The position numbers and the translations under genes are program-made. A stretch of DNA of 64,000 nucleotides from Treponema sp. (GTDB lineage Bacteria; Spirochaetota; Spirochaetia; Treponematales; Breznakiellaceae): positions 905-64,904 of the forward strand of contig JAIRWM010000058.1 of NCBI GenBank assembly GCA_031268975.1, given 5' to 3'. Each line of letters begins with the position of its first letter. Position 1 is the stretch's first letter. Positions 48,035-58,263 of the stretch are shown here, piece after piece. The notes below the pieces were generated by a model, which worked only from the letters and a program-made list of their open reading frames with translations, ran no database searches and was not told the DNA's origin.

Positions 48035-49216
48035 ATGCGCAGAAAAAAGGAAATATTCGCCAGTGACAGGCTTAATTGGTTTTTACCCGATGGATTCGGC
48101 TTTATCCGTAACATGAAGCTTACGCCGCCGGAGAATTATGCGGACTATATTGATCTATCCATCGGTGCTCCCAACAGAGCAACTCCAAAAGAAATCATTG
48201 ATCGTTTTGTTCAGGACGTGTATGTGGAAAAATATCATACGTATCCGCCCCAGTTTGGCGCTCCGGAACTGTGCGGCGCGGTTGCAAAATGGTACAAAAG
48301 GCGATTTTCGGTAAGTGTAAATCCCAATGCGGAGGTTCTTGTTACCATTGGCATAAAGGAAGCAATCTTCAATACGATGCACGCACTGGTGAATCCCGGT
48401 GAAACAGTTATTATTCCCGACCCCGGATACCCCACTTATTTCGAGGCAGGTGGTTTTTGCGGCGCCAAACTGGTAACATATAACAGCAACACGGAACAGG
48501 AATGTGTCCTGGAAGAAATCAAAAACCTTTCAAAACTGTATGACCCAAGCTACGTTATGGTTAACTATCCTTCCAATCCGACCGGACGCCTTGTAAGCGA
48601 TAATTTTTATACAAAACTTTCGGCGCTTTCCAGAGAATATAATTTTGTCGTATTAAGCGATCTGGCGTACTCCGAAATTGCCTTTGACAACCAAAAGGCA
48701 GGCAGTTATCTTTTTGGCAACGGCGGAACCCGGATGGCGCTGGAATACTTCGCTTTTTCCAAAACATACAACATGGCTGGCTGGCGGGTAGGGGCTATTG
48801 TAGCGGAACATGATATTCTTGAGGCGATAAAGCTTTACAAGTCCAAAATCGATTCCAACGTGTTTTATCCCATTCAGCTGGCCGCAGCGTTTGCGCTGGA
48901 AAATGTCGAAGACGCTTTTTACAGGGAATTGGCGGCTATGTATCAGGAACGGCGGAATATTTTATGCGATGGCCTTAAAGCCGCCGGCTTATCATTCACC
49001 CAGCCCGGCGGGGCGATGTACGCGTGGGTAAAGGCGCCCGACGGCTGGGATACCTGGGCCTTTACTCAGCATATGTACGACACATACGGCATAGTCGGCG
49101 TACCCGGCAACGCCTACGGGCGCAACGGAATAGGCTACATTCGGCTGGGACTGGTACAGGAAGCGGAGATCATGACTATCGCGGCCGACCGGCTAAAAAA
49201 AGACGGGTGGGTATAA
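48035..49216 (+). CDS. class I/II PLP-dependent aminotransferase
   Basis: It has NYPSNPTG and the PLP lysine context FSKTYNMAGWRVG. Confidence 0.85.
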   Translation: MRRKKEIFASDRLNWFLPDGFGFIRNMKLTPPENYADYIDLSIGAPNRATPKEIIDRFVQDVYVEKYHTYPPQFGAPELCGAVAKWYKRRFSVSVNPNAEVLVTIGIKEAIFNTMHALVNPGETVIIPDPGYPTYFEAGGFCGAKLVTYNSNTEQECVLEEIKNLSKLYDPSYVMVNYPSNPTGRLVSDNFYTKLSALSREYNFVVLSDLAYSEIAFDNQKAGSYLFGNGGTRMALEYFAFSKTYNMAGWRVGAIVAEHDILEAIKLYKSKIDSNVFYPIQLAAAFALENVEDAFYRELAAMYQERRNILCDGLKAAGLSFTQPGGAMYAWVKAPDGWDTWAFTQHMYDTYGIVGVPGNAYGRNGIGYIRLGLVQEAEIMTIAADRLKKDGWV

Positions 49217-49327
49217 AATTTAGAACTCCGCCCCTATCATGGCGGTCGTATACTGACGGGGCTGTACCGTGATCTTTTCCTGGACAGCGAAAGCGGCAGG
49301 GCGCCGGGCACCAGACGGATTCCGGGC

Positions 49328-50134
49328 CTATAGCGAATCCCGGCTCAGAGGACTCCCTATCCAGATGCCTTCTCCCAGATAATCTATCCGCTTGCCGTCA
49401 ATAAGTATTTGCACGTCCTTGACGGTACCGAATTCGGTGGCTGTCCACACTATCTGGCGCAGCTGGCCGGCATATCCCTCTATGCCGTATGTGTTAAAGA
49501 GAAAATCCTCGCTAAAGTCGACATACGCGGTAGTGCCCCGGACCGAAGCGCCGAGAATTCTAACATTCTCCGGTATCAGCGAAAGAAGGCTGCGTTTTGA
49601 CTCTTCCCCCGACGGCCCCTTTATAACCGCCTCCAGCGCGTCCCGCATCGGCGAATCACTGGACGGCAGACTGCGTTCTACCTTCGCGGCGACAAGGCCG
49701 CCGTCGTTGTCGAGCCGTATCAGGTATACCTGCCGCTTTACTGTTTTGTCCCGCTGTAGAGGCACCGCGGCGGCCCCGGTCCGGGAAACAGCCGGCTGTC
49801 CGCCGGGTTCGTCCGCCGCCGTTTGGGGCGGTTCCGCCGGGGAAGCTTCGGTGCCCCCCGGCGGGGCGTTCTGCAAGGCGCCCTGATCCGGCGCCTCTTC
49901 CGGGGAAGCTTCTCCCTGCGGGCCGGAAGACGTCACCGTACCGGTATTGTTTAAAAGCCCGCCAAGAACAGCAAGCCCGTCCCTGATTTTTTCACGGTTT
50001 ATTACAAAAAGAAGAATTATTCCGATTAAAAACGCCAGCCAGAAAAGAAGCCAACCGAAACCGGAACTTCGGGTCTTCGCGGTCTTGGTCTTATTATTTC
50101 CCGAAGCAGCCACGGTAACAGTGTACCGTATCAT
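49328..50134 (-). CDS. GerMN-domain protein with an N-terminal TM anchor and a Pro/Ala/Glu-rich linker
   Basis: The C-terminal ~170 aa (VYLIRLDNDG...MRDALEAVIKGP...TAYVDFSEDF...ILIDGKRIDYLGEG) is GerMN-like. The start is uncertain: the ATG at 50134 directly abuts AGGAGG, and the ORF-track start at 50194 is TTG inside a terminator tail. Confidence 0.65.
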   Translation of the reverse strand: MIRYTVTVAASGNNKTKTAKTRSSGFGWLLFWLAFLIGIILLFVINREKIRDGLAVLGGLLNNTGTVTSSGPQGEASPEEAPDQGALQNAPPGGTEASPAEPPQTAADEPGGQPAVSRTGAAAVPLQRDKTVKRQVYLIRLDNDGGLVAAKVERSLPSSDSPMRDALEAVIKGPSGEESKRSLLSLIPENVRILGASVRGTTAYVDFSEDFLFNTYGIEGYAGQLRQIVWTATEFGTVKDVQILIDGKRIDYLGEGIWIGSPLSRDSL

Positions 50135-50192
50135 CCTCCTGCGGTCAACTGCTCGGCGCGCCGCAGCAAACAACGCGGATGCATGTTCCCGC

Positions 50193-50224
50193 AAAACAAA
50201 AAACCCCGCCGTAACCCGGCGGGG
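50193..50224 (-). terminator. Rho-independent terminator of the sugar ABC operon
   Basis: On the minus strand the stem is CCCCGCCG-GGUUA-CGGCGGGG, followed by UUUUUUGUUUU. Confidence 0.85.
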
Positions 50225-50329
50225 CTCATCTAACTTTCTGCCGGAAGCAGCGATGATTTACCCGCGGCGAATGAAACCCCGCCCGGTGAGGCAGGTGGAT
50301 TCCACCGCGGACGAACCGGCGCTTCCTCC

Positions 50330-51328
50330 CTAGAACGAAGACTCGGGATTGTAATACTGATTCACGTTGCTCTTGTCCACCAGGCCGGAAGGAATAACAA
50401 CGGAAACGGGCGCACTGGCGGTGTGGAAAGCGTCGCTTTTCGCGCCGGTCGCCACATCAACCGCATACTGGATTCCGTCGCTGATCATCGAGGGATGATA
50501 CAGCGTGGTCGCCCGTACGAGAGGATCGCCGTCTATGATCATCTTGTAAACAACCTTGCTTCCCGCGCCGCCGATCAAAACCTTAATATCAGTCCGGCCG
50601 GATTCCCGAATCGCCTGGTATACGCCGGTAAGGACGTCGTCGTCCTGGCAGAATACTGCATCAATTTTGGGATAGCGCTGAAGAAACGCTTCCATGATCC
50701 GCAGCCCGTCCTGCACAGACCAGTTGGCAAATTCGTACCTGTTCTGGCCGAGCAGGTTTCTTAACGACGGTTCCTTGTTCATCTCGGCAAAGAAAGCGTC
50801 CATTCGTTCAGTATCGATAACGACCGGCATACCGCCCATTGCTACGTAGTTGGTAAGCCCTTCCTTTTTCATCGTCGCCGCAAGCCATTTACCGCTTTCC
50901 CGGCCCAGACCGGCGTTGTCTCCCGCGAGGTTTACATACCCGAAGTTTGTATCGGTAAGGCCACGGTCTACAACGATAATTTTAACGCCCCTGTCGTGAA
51001 GCTGCTTTACGGGAGCAGTAAGGGGAGCCGATTCATGGGGAAGAATGACCAGATAGTTCATACCCCAGGAAGCGAGATTTTCCACATCGCTGACCTGCTG
51101 GGTGGCGTTGGCCGAATGGACTACCCGGAACTGAATCTTGCTGCCGGCGGTTTCCTTAATCTGTTCTACCGCATAATCGGCCCACCAGCCAATACCGCCG
51201 GTCCAGCCATGATCCGCGGTGGGGACGGCGATACCGATTTTCGCCGTCCCGCTCTGACTCGACGGTCCCGCGAACACCGATCCGCAGACCATCAAGGCAA
51301 CGAGTAAAACCAAACAAAGTTTTTTCAT
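50330..51328 (-). CDS. sugar ABC transporter substrate-binding protein, system 3
   Basis: The signal peptide is MKKLCLVLLVALMVCGSVFAG. The RBS is GGAGGAAAAG. Confidence 0.85.
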   Translation of the reverse strand: MKKLCLVLLVALMVCGSVFAGPSSQSGTAKIGIAVPTADHGWTGGIGWWADYAVEQIKETAGSKIQFRVVHSANATQQVSDVENLASWGMNYLVILPHESAPLTAPVKQLHDRGVKIIVVDRGLTDTNFGYVNLAGDNAGLGRESGKWLAATMKKEGLTNYVAMGGMPVVIDTERMDAFFAEMNKEPSLRNLLGQNRYEFANWSVQDGLRIMEAFLQRYPKIDAVFCQDDDVLTGVYQAIRESGRTDIKVLIGGAGSKVVYKMIIDGDPLVRATTLYHPSMISDGIQYAVDVATGAKSDAFHTASAPVSVVIPSGLVDKSNVNQYYNPESSF

Positions 51329-51350
51329 TTCTCTTTTCCTCCGTAACTGC

Positions 51351-52322
51351 TTATTGTTTTTTATATTGCAGCAATACAGCCGCAATAATGACTAACCCTT
51401 TTGCCGCCTGCTGCAGGAATGATGATACGCCGCCCATAAGAAGCATATTGTTGATCATCCCCAGCATTACCGCCCCCATAAGTGTCCCGATAACAGAACC
51501 CTTGCCCCCTGTCATGGATGTCCCGCCTATCACCACTGCCGCTATCGCGTCCAGTTCGTACCCATTGCCGTCCCCGGAAGAATGAATACAGTTAATCCGC
51601 GAAGACCACAACAGGGCGGAAACCGCCACGGTCAACCCGGTAATAACATAGGGAATAAGTTTTATCAGGTTGATGTTGATCGCCGAATAACGGGCTACCT
51701 GTTCATTGGCGCCAACGGCGCAGATATACCGGCCAAAACGGGTGTTGTTGAGGAACAGGTGCAGAATAACGGTAAGGGCGATAAACACCCACACGGGTAC
51801 CGGTATCCACAAAAACTCTGCGGGGCCAAAACGGGGATACACAGTGCTTATTGAAAGAATATTCGCCGCCCCGGAAAAATACTGGATAAGGGAACGGAAA
51901 ATCGCCATGGTTCCCAACGTTGCGATAAACGGGGCCATGCGTCCGGCGGTCACCATAAAGCCGTTGACAAAACCGCAGACACAGCCAAACACAAGGCAGA
52001 ACAAAACGGCAATAACCGTTCCCGTCACAGAATTCGGGGGAAAGCAGTTCAGCAGGAAAATACTGATTCCCCCGGTAAAGGCCATCATGGAACCGACGGA
52101 AAGGTCAATGCCTCCCGATATAATAATCAGCGTCATTCCCAAACCGATAATCCCCGTATAGGAAGACTGTTTGACAATGTTGACAAGATTTCCGGGATTC
52201 AAAAAACTCAAGACCCCGCCGGATCCGCCGCCGGCAAACGATATTATCATGGCAAGAACAAAGAGGAATATAAACCCCAAACCGGTGGAATGTTCACTCC
52301 ATTTGAATTTTTGTTGATTCAT
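51351..52322 (-). CDS. sugar ABC transporter permease, system 3
   Basis: It is a multi-TM protein with IGGTSMTGGKGS. Confidence 0.85.
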   Translation of the reverse strand: MNQQKFKWSEHSTGLGFIFLFVLAMIISFAGGGSGGVLSFLNPGNLVNIVKQSSYTGIIGLGMTLIIISGGIDLSVGSMMAFTGGISIFLLNCFPPNSVTGTVIAVLFCLVFGCVCGFVNGFMVTAGRMAPFIATLGTMAIFRSLIQYFSGAANILSISTVYPRFGPAEFLWIPVPVWVFIALTVILHLFLNNTRFGRYICAVGANEQVARYSAININLIKLIPYVITGLTVAVSALLWSSRINCIHSSGDGNGYELDAIAAVVIGGTSMTGGKGSVIGTLMGAVMLGMINNMLLMGGVSSFLQQAAKGLVIIAAVLLQYKKQ

Positions 52323-53833
52323 CAGTTTAACCCCTTGATGCCGGTGGCATGAAACATAATATCTTCTTCGTTGATATGATCCGCCTCAAGGCAGCCGGTA
52401 ATCTTTCCTTCACGCATGACATACACACGGCTGCACAAACCGATTACTTCTTCCAGTTCAGAAGAGATAACAATACAGGAAATGCCTCTTTCCGCCAATT
52501 GATGGATAAACTCGTAAATTTCATGCTTTGCGTTAACGTCAATGCCGCGGGTCGGTTCGTCCAGGATAAGTATCTGCGGATCGGTATCAAGCCACCGGGA
52601 AAGGTATACTTTCTGCTGATTCCCCCCGGACAGGTAGCGCAGATGCATCTTATGCGAGGCCGCCGCGATTCTGAAAGACTTTACATATTCCGCGGTTTTA
52701 AGTTCCTCGGCCTTTCCGTCAATAAGGATTCCTTTAAGATATTCCTTGAGTGAAATAAGGGTAATGTTCTGGGGCAGATTAAAACCCTGAACAATGCCTT
52801 TGCCCTGTCTGTCTTCGCTCAGGTATGCAAGCTTGTACCGCAGTGCGTCGGCGGGCTTTTTTATGTGAACGGTCTTTCCGTTGACGGCAATGGTTCCGCC
52901 CTGTACATGCCGCAGTCCCATAACCGATTCCGCCAGCTCGGTACGGCCGGAACCCACAAGGCCCGCGAAACCAAGAATTTCGCCGCCCCGCAGAGAGAAG
53001 GAAATATCCTCAAAAAGTTCCTTGACGGAAAGGTTTTTTACTTCGAGAACTTCCGTCCCCTGCGGACGGGGAATTTTGGGGGGAAATATTTTGGTAAAAT
53101 CCTTGCGGCCCACCATTTTCCTGGCAATGTCCTCTTCGTTGACATCGGATATTTCGTCAATGCTGATAAGGACGCCGTCGCGAAGCACGGTTACCCGGTC
53201 ACAGATCGCCTTAATCTCGTTGAGCTTGTGGGACACAAAAATAATCGTAACGCCCTGGGAACGCAGTTCCCCCATCAGAGAGAACAGGGTTTCTGTTTCC
53301 CGTGTCGTAAGGGTCGTTGTCGGCTCGTCCATAATCAGAATGCGGGCGCGAAGCATTAAAGCCTTGGAAATTTCCACCATCTGCTTTTCCGCCACACTCA
53401 GACTGCTGACAAGCTGGTTCACACCGACGGGCATTTTCAGGTCTTCAAGCTGTTTCGCCGAAAGTTCCCGCATTTTTTGTTTGTCAAGCAGCCCCGAACC
53501 AAGCCGTATTTCGTTGCCCAAAAAAATATTTTCAAATACGGCCAGGGTGTTTATCAGGTTGAATTCCTGCGGCACAATGGCAATGCCAAGCGATTTTGCG
53601 GCAATGTAATCGGAAATCGAGACGGGTTTGCCGTCAAGCTTGAGAACTCCGGCGGAGCTCTGGTAAATACCGCTGATAATTTTTATCAGCGTCGACTTGC
53701 CCGCGCCGTTTTCCCCAATGAGCCCCATGATCTCTCCCCGGCGTATATCGACGGACACATCGCTCAATACCGCAACGCCGGAGAATTCTTTTGTGACATG
53801 CTCAATGGATAAAACGGTTTCCCGCACTGCCAT
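52322..53833 (-). CDS. sugar ABC transporter ATP-binding protein (duplicated ATPase), system 3
   Basis: It has GENGAGKST and LSGGNQQK. It shares 1-nt overlaps with both neighbours. Confidence 0.9.
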   Translation of the reverse strand: MAVRETVLSIEHVTKEFSGVAVLSDVSVDIRRGEIMGLIGENGAGKSTLIKIISGIYQSSAGVLKLDGKPVSISDYIAAKSLGIAIVPQEFNLINTLAVFENIFLGNEIRLGSGLLDKQKMRELSAKQLEDLKMPVGVNQLVSSLSVAEKQMVEISKALMLRARILIMDEPTTTLTTRETETLFSLMGELRSQGVTIIFVSHKLNEIKAICDRVTVLRDGVLISIDEISDVNEEDIARKMVGRKDFTKIFPPKIPRPQGTEVLEVKNLSVKELFEDISFSLRGGEILGFAGLVGSGRTELAESVMGLRHVQGGTIAVNGKTVHIKKPADALRYKLAYLSEDRQGKGIVQGFNLPQNITLISLKEYLKGILIDGKAEELKTAEYVKSFRIAAASHKMHLRYLSGGNQQKVYLSRWLDTDPQILILDEPTRGIDVNAKHEIYEFIHQLAERGISCIVISSELEEVIGLCSRVYVMREGKITGCLEADHINEEDIMFHATGIKGLN

Positions 53834-54825
53834 TATGATGATTTCAACGCGTCGTCAAATGCCACATTTGAAGGGGCAAAATCCGCTTTCCGCACGAACT
53901 CACAGGCTTCTTTCGCGCCGTATTCCCGTTCCATGCCGGAATCTTCCCATTCAACGGAAAGCGGGCCCTGGTAGTTCATTACATTAAGCTCCCGGACAAT
54001 GTTCTCAAAGTCCACATCGCCGTGTCCCAGCGACCGGAAATTCCAGCCGCGCCGGGTATCGCCGAATGTAATATGCGAACCGAGAATGCCGGCTCTGCCG
54101 TCCAGCGTAACCGCGGCATCTTTCATATGCACATGGTATACCTGTTTGGAAAAATCGCGCAGGAATATATGGGGAGTAACTCCCTGCCATACAAGGTGCG
54201 ACGGATCAAAATTAAAGCCCAGCGTTGGCCGGTATTTGAATTCTTCCAGAAGCCGCTGTGCGCTGTAATAATCAAAGGCGATTTCCGTCGGATGAACTTC
54301 AAGCGCGAACTTAATTCCATGTTTGTCAAATTCGTCGAATACCGGCGTCCACAACTTTACAATTTCCTTGAAGCCGTCGTCAACCATTTTGTCGGTTGTT
54401 TGGGGGAACGAATACCACATTCCCCAAATCGGGGAACCCATAAAGCCGGTAACCACTTTGACGCCAAGGTTTTTGGCGGCCAGCGGCGCGTACTTCATGT
54501 ATTCAATGCCCCAGGCGCGGATCTTGTCGCTCTGCCCCGCCAGCGCGGAAGGCGCGAACCCGTCCAGCCGGGGATCCCACTTGTCCCCGACACACTGGCC
54601 GACAAGGTGCGTGCCGATTGCCCATGTTTTAAGGCCGTTTTTCGCCAGAATATCCAGGCGGCCTTTTGCATACGCGGGATCCTGAGCGGCCTTTTTAAGA
54701 TCCAGATGATCGCCCCAGCAGGCGATTTCCAGGCCGTCATATCCAAAAGACTTTGCCTTGGCGCAGATGGTTTCAAAGGGCAAATCCGCCCATTGTCCCG
54801 TAAAAAGTGTAACCGGTCGTGACAT
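53833..54825 (-). CDS. xylose-isomerase-like TIM-barrel sugar(-phosphate) isomerase/epimerase
   Basis: 330 aa with AP_endonuc_2-type features (GYDGLEIACWGDH..., FALEVHP, VHMKD). Confidence 0.75.
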   Translation of the reverse strand: MSRPVTLFTGQWADLPFETICAKAKSFGYDGLEIACWGDHLDLKKAAQDPAYAKGRLDILAKNGLKTWAIGTHLVGQCVGDKWDPRLDGFAPSALAGQSDKIRAWGIEYMKYAPLAAKNLGVKVVTGFMGSPIWGMWYSFPQTTDKMVDDGFKEIVKLWTPVFDEFDKHGIKFALEVHPTEIAFDYYSAQRLLEEFKYRPTLGFNFDPSHLVWQGVTPHIFLRDFSKQVYHVHMKDAAVTLDGRAGILGSHITFGDTRRGWNFRSLGHGDVDFENIVRELNVMNYQGPLSVEWEDSGMEREYGAKEACEFVRKADFAPSNVAFDDALKSS

Positions 54826-54834
54826 GGTATCCTC

Positions 54835-56007
54835 CTAAAAATTAACCCACACAGCTCCCTTTTGGGAGCTTTCCACACATTTGCCGATAAACGTAACGCC
54901 GTTTATACCGTCTTCAATATTGGGAAAATCCAAATCGTCTTCTGCAAGGCTTTCTCCGGCTTTTGTTTTAAGCAGGGCGCCCGCGAAGGTTTTGTAAATA
55001 TTGCCCATCGCCTCAAAATACCCCTCAGGATGCCCGGAAGGGATGCGGGAAAGGGACTGCGCCCGCGGGTAAAAAACGTCGCGGCCCCGGGAGAGGGTTG
55101 TGATGGGCTTACCCAGCAGCGATATCCTGAGGTAGTTCGGATCTTCCACGCGCCATTCAATGCCGCCTTTTGTTCCAAAAACGCGGAACTTAAGACCGTT
55201 ATCGTTGCCCATCGCTATTTGGCTTGACCAGTACACGCCCTTTGCGCCGTTTGTATACTCAAGCATAATTGTAGCATTATCGTCCAGAACGCGGCCGGGG
55301 CCTATTTTATCAAGCCGGGCCAATAGGGACTTGATTTTAAGCCCCGTTACATACGAGACCATGTTTTCGATATGGGATCCTATATCGCCGACGCAGTTCG
55401 ACTTGCCGGCGCGCTGCGGATCGGTACGCCATTCGGCCTGTTTGCTGCCTTCTTTTTCCTGGGGGGTGATAAGCCAGTCCTGGGGATATTCGCCGTTAAC
55501 GTAAAGAATATCGCCGATTTCTCCCCTGCGTATCATTTCCCTGGCGTGCTTGACGGCGGGGAAACCCGTGTACGTATACGTAACACCGAACAGGAGCCCA
55601 TTTTTTTTGGCAAGTTCCGCCAGCTCTTTCGCTTCCTGCACTTCAAAGCACAGGGGTTTGTCGCAGACAACATGAATCCCCTGGTTAAGAAACGCTTTTG
55701 CCGCCGGATAATGGCTTGCGTTGGGCGTTACAATGACGACAAAATCAATTTTGTCGGATCGTCTGCCTTCCGCGGCGGCCATATCGTCGAATGTTTTGTA
55801 CAGCCGGTCTTCGGGTATCCCCAGACTTTTTCCTGTCGCCAGCGTGTTGTCCCAGGAACGGGAAAAACATCCCGCCGCGATAACAGACATGCCGTCGAGG
55901 GCTATGGATTTACGATGAACGTCCCCGATAAAGGCGCCCGGGCCGCCGCCGACCATGCCATAACGGAGCTTTCCGGTGATGCCGGAATCAGAACTTCCTT
56001 CTATCAT
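54835..56007 (-). CDS. Gfo/Idh/MocA-family NAD(P)-dependent oxidoreductase
   Basis: It has the Rossmann motif YGMVGGGPGAFIG and then VVCDKP. The RBS is GGAGGA. Confidence 0.85.
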   Translation of the reverse strand: MIEGSSDSGITGKLRYGMVGGGPGAFIGDVHRKSIALDGMSVIAAGCFSRSWDNTLATGKSLGIPEDRLYKTFDDMAAAEGRRSDKIDFVVIVTPNASHYPAAKAFLNQGIHVVCDKPLCFEVQEAKELAELAKKNGLLFGVTYTYTGFPAVKHAREMIRRGEIGDILYVNGEYPQDWLITPQEKEGSKQAEWRTDPQRAGKSNCVGDIGSHIENMVSYVTGLKIKSLLARLDKIGPGRVLDDNATIMLEYTNGAKGVYWSSQIAMGNDNGLKFRVFGTKGGIEWRVEDPNYLRISLLGKPITTLSRGRDVFYPRAQSLSRIPSGHPEGYFEAMGNIYKTFAGALLKTKAGESLAEDDLDFPNIEDGINGVTFIGKCVESSQKGAVWVNF

Positions 56008-56145
56008 TTCTTGTCCTCCAAAATTTTACGCTCGATAAGTTTTTTTCTTCCGGGTTTTTGGCCTGACTTACAGTATTATACCCTGTTTTGCCGTTTTGGG
56101 CAAGAAGATCTTGTTATTTTGAGCGGGTTCTTTTTAAACTGGGTG

Positions 56146-57198
56146 ATGGATCCGTATTTATCCTGTATGCTGTGTCCCCGGCGCTGTGGAGTAAACCGCC
56201 GGGGGGATGCGCCTTCCGGAGGGGGGTTGGTTTCCGCTCGGGGCCCGGCGGACGATGTCGGGGGAATATGCGGGGAAACGGCGGCGTTGCATCTCGCCTG
56301 CGCCTCCATACACCGGGGCGAAGAGCCTCCGATAACGGGGATAGGCGGCTCAGGCGCCATTTTTGTAAGCGGCTGCAATCTGGGTTGTGTATTTTGCCAG
56401 AATCACCAGATATCCCGCCGTTTCCCGGACAGGCGGATGGCGTACGGCGCCGGCGTTACCGCGCGGGAATTTGCCCGGATTTGCCGGGCCCTCAAGGAAC
56501 GGGGCGCGGAAAACATCAACATCGTTACCGGCAGCCACGCCGTCCCCGTCCTGGCGGAATACCTGAAAACGGCGTTCACCGGGCCCGGGGATGCCCTGCC
56601 GGTATTGTGGAATTCTTCCGCCTATGAACTTCCCCAAACCCTGGAGCTTCTGTCCGGCATTGTGGATGCATTCCTCCCTGACCTGAAAACCCTGGACAGC
56701 GGCCTTTCTTCCCGGTTTTTCCGGGCCCCGGATTACCCACAGACCGCAAAAACGGCAATCCTGAAAATGCTGGACATGATGAAAAACCGCGCAACGGCTT
56801 CCGTAGCGGCTTCCCCGGCGGGGACCGGCGGCGGCCTACCGGCGGTCATTGTCCGTCATCTGGTTCTGCCGGGTTTTCTTGAGTCAACCCGGAATGTTCT
56901 GTACTGGTTCGCGGAAAACTGCGCGGGAATACGGGGCGTGGAACTTTCCCTTATGTTCCAGTATACTCCTGTACCGGCAGGAGCCGCCGCGCATTTGCCG
57001 CCGGGCCCGCCCGGTACGGTAAGCGGAGATGAGTACGACACCGTACTTGGCTGGCTTTCGGAATACGGGATTGAAGACGGCTACTGTCAGGAACCTGTTC
57101 CGGACAGCGCCGGCTGGCTCCCGGATTTTGAAAAGGCCAATCCGTTTCCTTCGGAGCTTTCTCTCCCGGTATGGCACTGGCGGGAGGGTTTTCTGTGA
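56146..57198 (+). CDS. PflX/YjjW-like radical SAM protein
   Basis: It has CNLGCVFC (CX3CX2C) and an N-terminal CMLCPRRCGVNR. The start was set at the ATG at 56146, because the 258-aa upstream extension of the ORF is antisense to the oxidoreductase gene. Confidence 0.8.
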   Translation: MDPYLSCMLCPRRCGVNRRGDAPSGGGLVSARGPADDVGGICGETAALHLACASIHRGEEPPITGIGGSGAIFVSGCNLGCVFCQNHQISRRFPDRRMAYGAGVTAREFARICRALKERGAENINIVTGSHAVPVLAEYLKTAFTGPGDALPVLWNSSAYELPQTLELLSGIVDAFLPDLKTLDSGLSSRFFRAPDYPQTAKTAILKMLDMMKNRATASVAASPAGTGGGLPAVIVRHLVLPGFLESTRNVLYWFAENCAGIRGVELSLMFQYTPVPAGAAAHLPPGPPGTVSGDEYDTVLGWLSEYGIEDGYCQEPVPDSAGWLPDFEKANPFPSELSLPVWHWREGFL

Positions 57199-57223
57199 AA
57201 TACCCCCGTGGTATAGTTATGCC

Positions 57224-58261
57224 ATGTATAAAAGGGAAATTCTTGAACCCGCCCTGTCCCCGGTAAAAGACGGGACATTCGTCGAGGGAACATGGAACAG
57301 GGCATTCAGGGATGTCGATCTTCTCGGCACACACAAGCCGTACAGCATACCCCTGCCGCGCTGGGCCCGCGAGGGCAGGCTCAAGGAATGGGAATCGTTT
57401 GTTGTTCAAAATAACCGCTATCATCTTGACGCGTTCCTTGCCAACCTGAAATACTTCCGCATCGCCCAACTGGTGTTGTACGACAAGGAAAGCGGGGAAC
57501 GGTTCCGGTTCCGCAAAATACTCCCCTTAAGCGGCTGGAGGCTGCCCCGGAACCTTTACAACGACTCCATCGACTCCCGGTCTCAGCGCTTTTTTTTCAG
57601 GATACACAACTGGCTTGACGCCGAAACCATCAGAATTGACATCGATGTAGAAGCCCGGAGAAAAAGGCCGGCCTTTACCTGCCAGCTTACCTTTAACGCC
57701 GCTTCGGTTCCCCAGGTAACCGCCTGGCGCCGGAACGACCTGCCGTTTTATACCTACAAGATCGTTTCATCTGTCAGCGGGGACATGGTTTGGAACGGAA
57801 AACATATCGTATTCCGGCCGGAAGAAACCTCGGGCTTTTTCCGGGACAACAAAGGTTTTTGCCGTTACCTGTCGTCGTTCCTGTGGTGTACCGCCGCGGG
57901 AATTGACGAAAACAACCGCCACTACGGATTCAGCCTTGTCGGACAAAGCGCCGGGAATTCCTCGAAAAACAACGAAAACGCGTTCTGGATCGGCGGAAAA
58001 ACAACGCCGCTGCCCCCGGTACGCATCACCATGCCCAACGGCATCGGTGAAAGCTGGGTAATACAGGATCTTGAAGGCATGGTCGATCTGAGCTTTAGCC
58101 CCCGGGTTAAAGTCCGCAGCGCGTTTAATTTTCTTGTATTCAGCGCGGATTATCAAACGCCCCTTGGACATTTTTCCGGATTCCTGTTAAATTCAGAGGG
58201 AGAGCGCATCCAGATACGCGGCCTTTGGGGGCTTGGGGAAAAGCTCTCGTTGCGGGTATAG
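57224..58261 (+). CDS. DUF2804-family protein
   Basis: 345 aa. The pattern RLKEWESFVVQNNRYHLDAFLANLKY matches the KEWDYY... core that I recall for DUF2804. Confidence 0.55.
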   Translation: MYKREILEPALSPVKDGTFVEGTWNRAFRDVDLLGTHKPYSIPLPRWAREGRLKEWESFVVQNNRYHLDAFLANLKYFRIAQLVLYDKESGERFRFRKILPLSGWRLPRNLYNDSIDSRSQRFFFRIHNWLDAETIRIDIDVEARRKRPAFTCQLTFNAASVPQVTAWRRNDLPFYTYKIVSSVSGDMVWNGKHIVFRPEETSGFFRDNKGFCRYLSSFLWCTAAGIDENNRHYGFSLVGQSAGNSSKNNENAFWIGGKTTPLPPVRITMPNGIGESWVIQDLEGMVDLSFSPRVKVRSAFNFLVFSADYQTPLGHFSGFLLNSEGERIQIRGLWGLGEKLSLRV

Positions 58262-58263
58262 AC

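Noticed and set aside
50225-50329. SRP (4.5S) RNA-like motif CCGGAAGCAGC
   Set aside because: Only a 4-bp stem with a GGAA-containing loop matches. The flanking conserved SRP helix-8 sequence (GGUCAGGUCC...AAGGCAG) is absent, and the region is the 3' UTR of the SBP gene.
55372-56145. 258-aa N-terminal extension of the radical SAM ORF (which would give a 608-aa protein)
   Set aside because: The extension is antisense to the Gfo/Idh/MocA gene. The radical SAM homology begins at MDPYLSCMLCPRRC (ATG at 56146).
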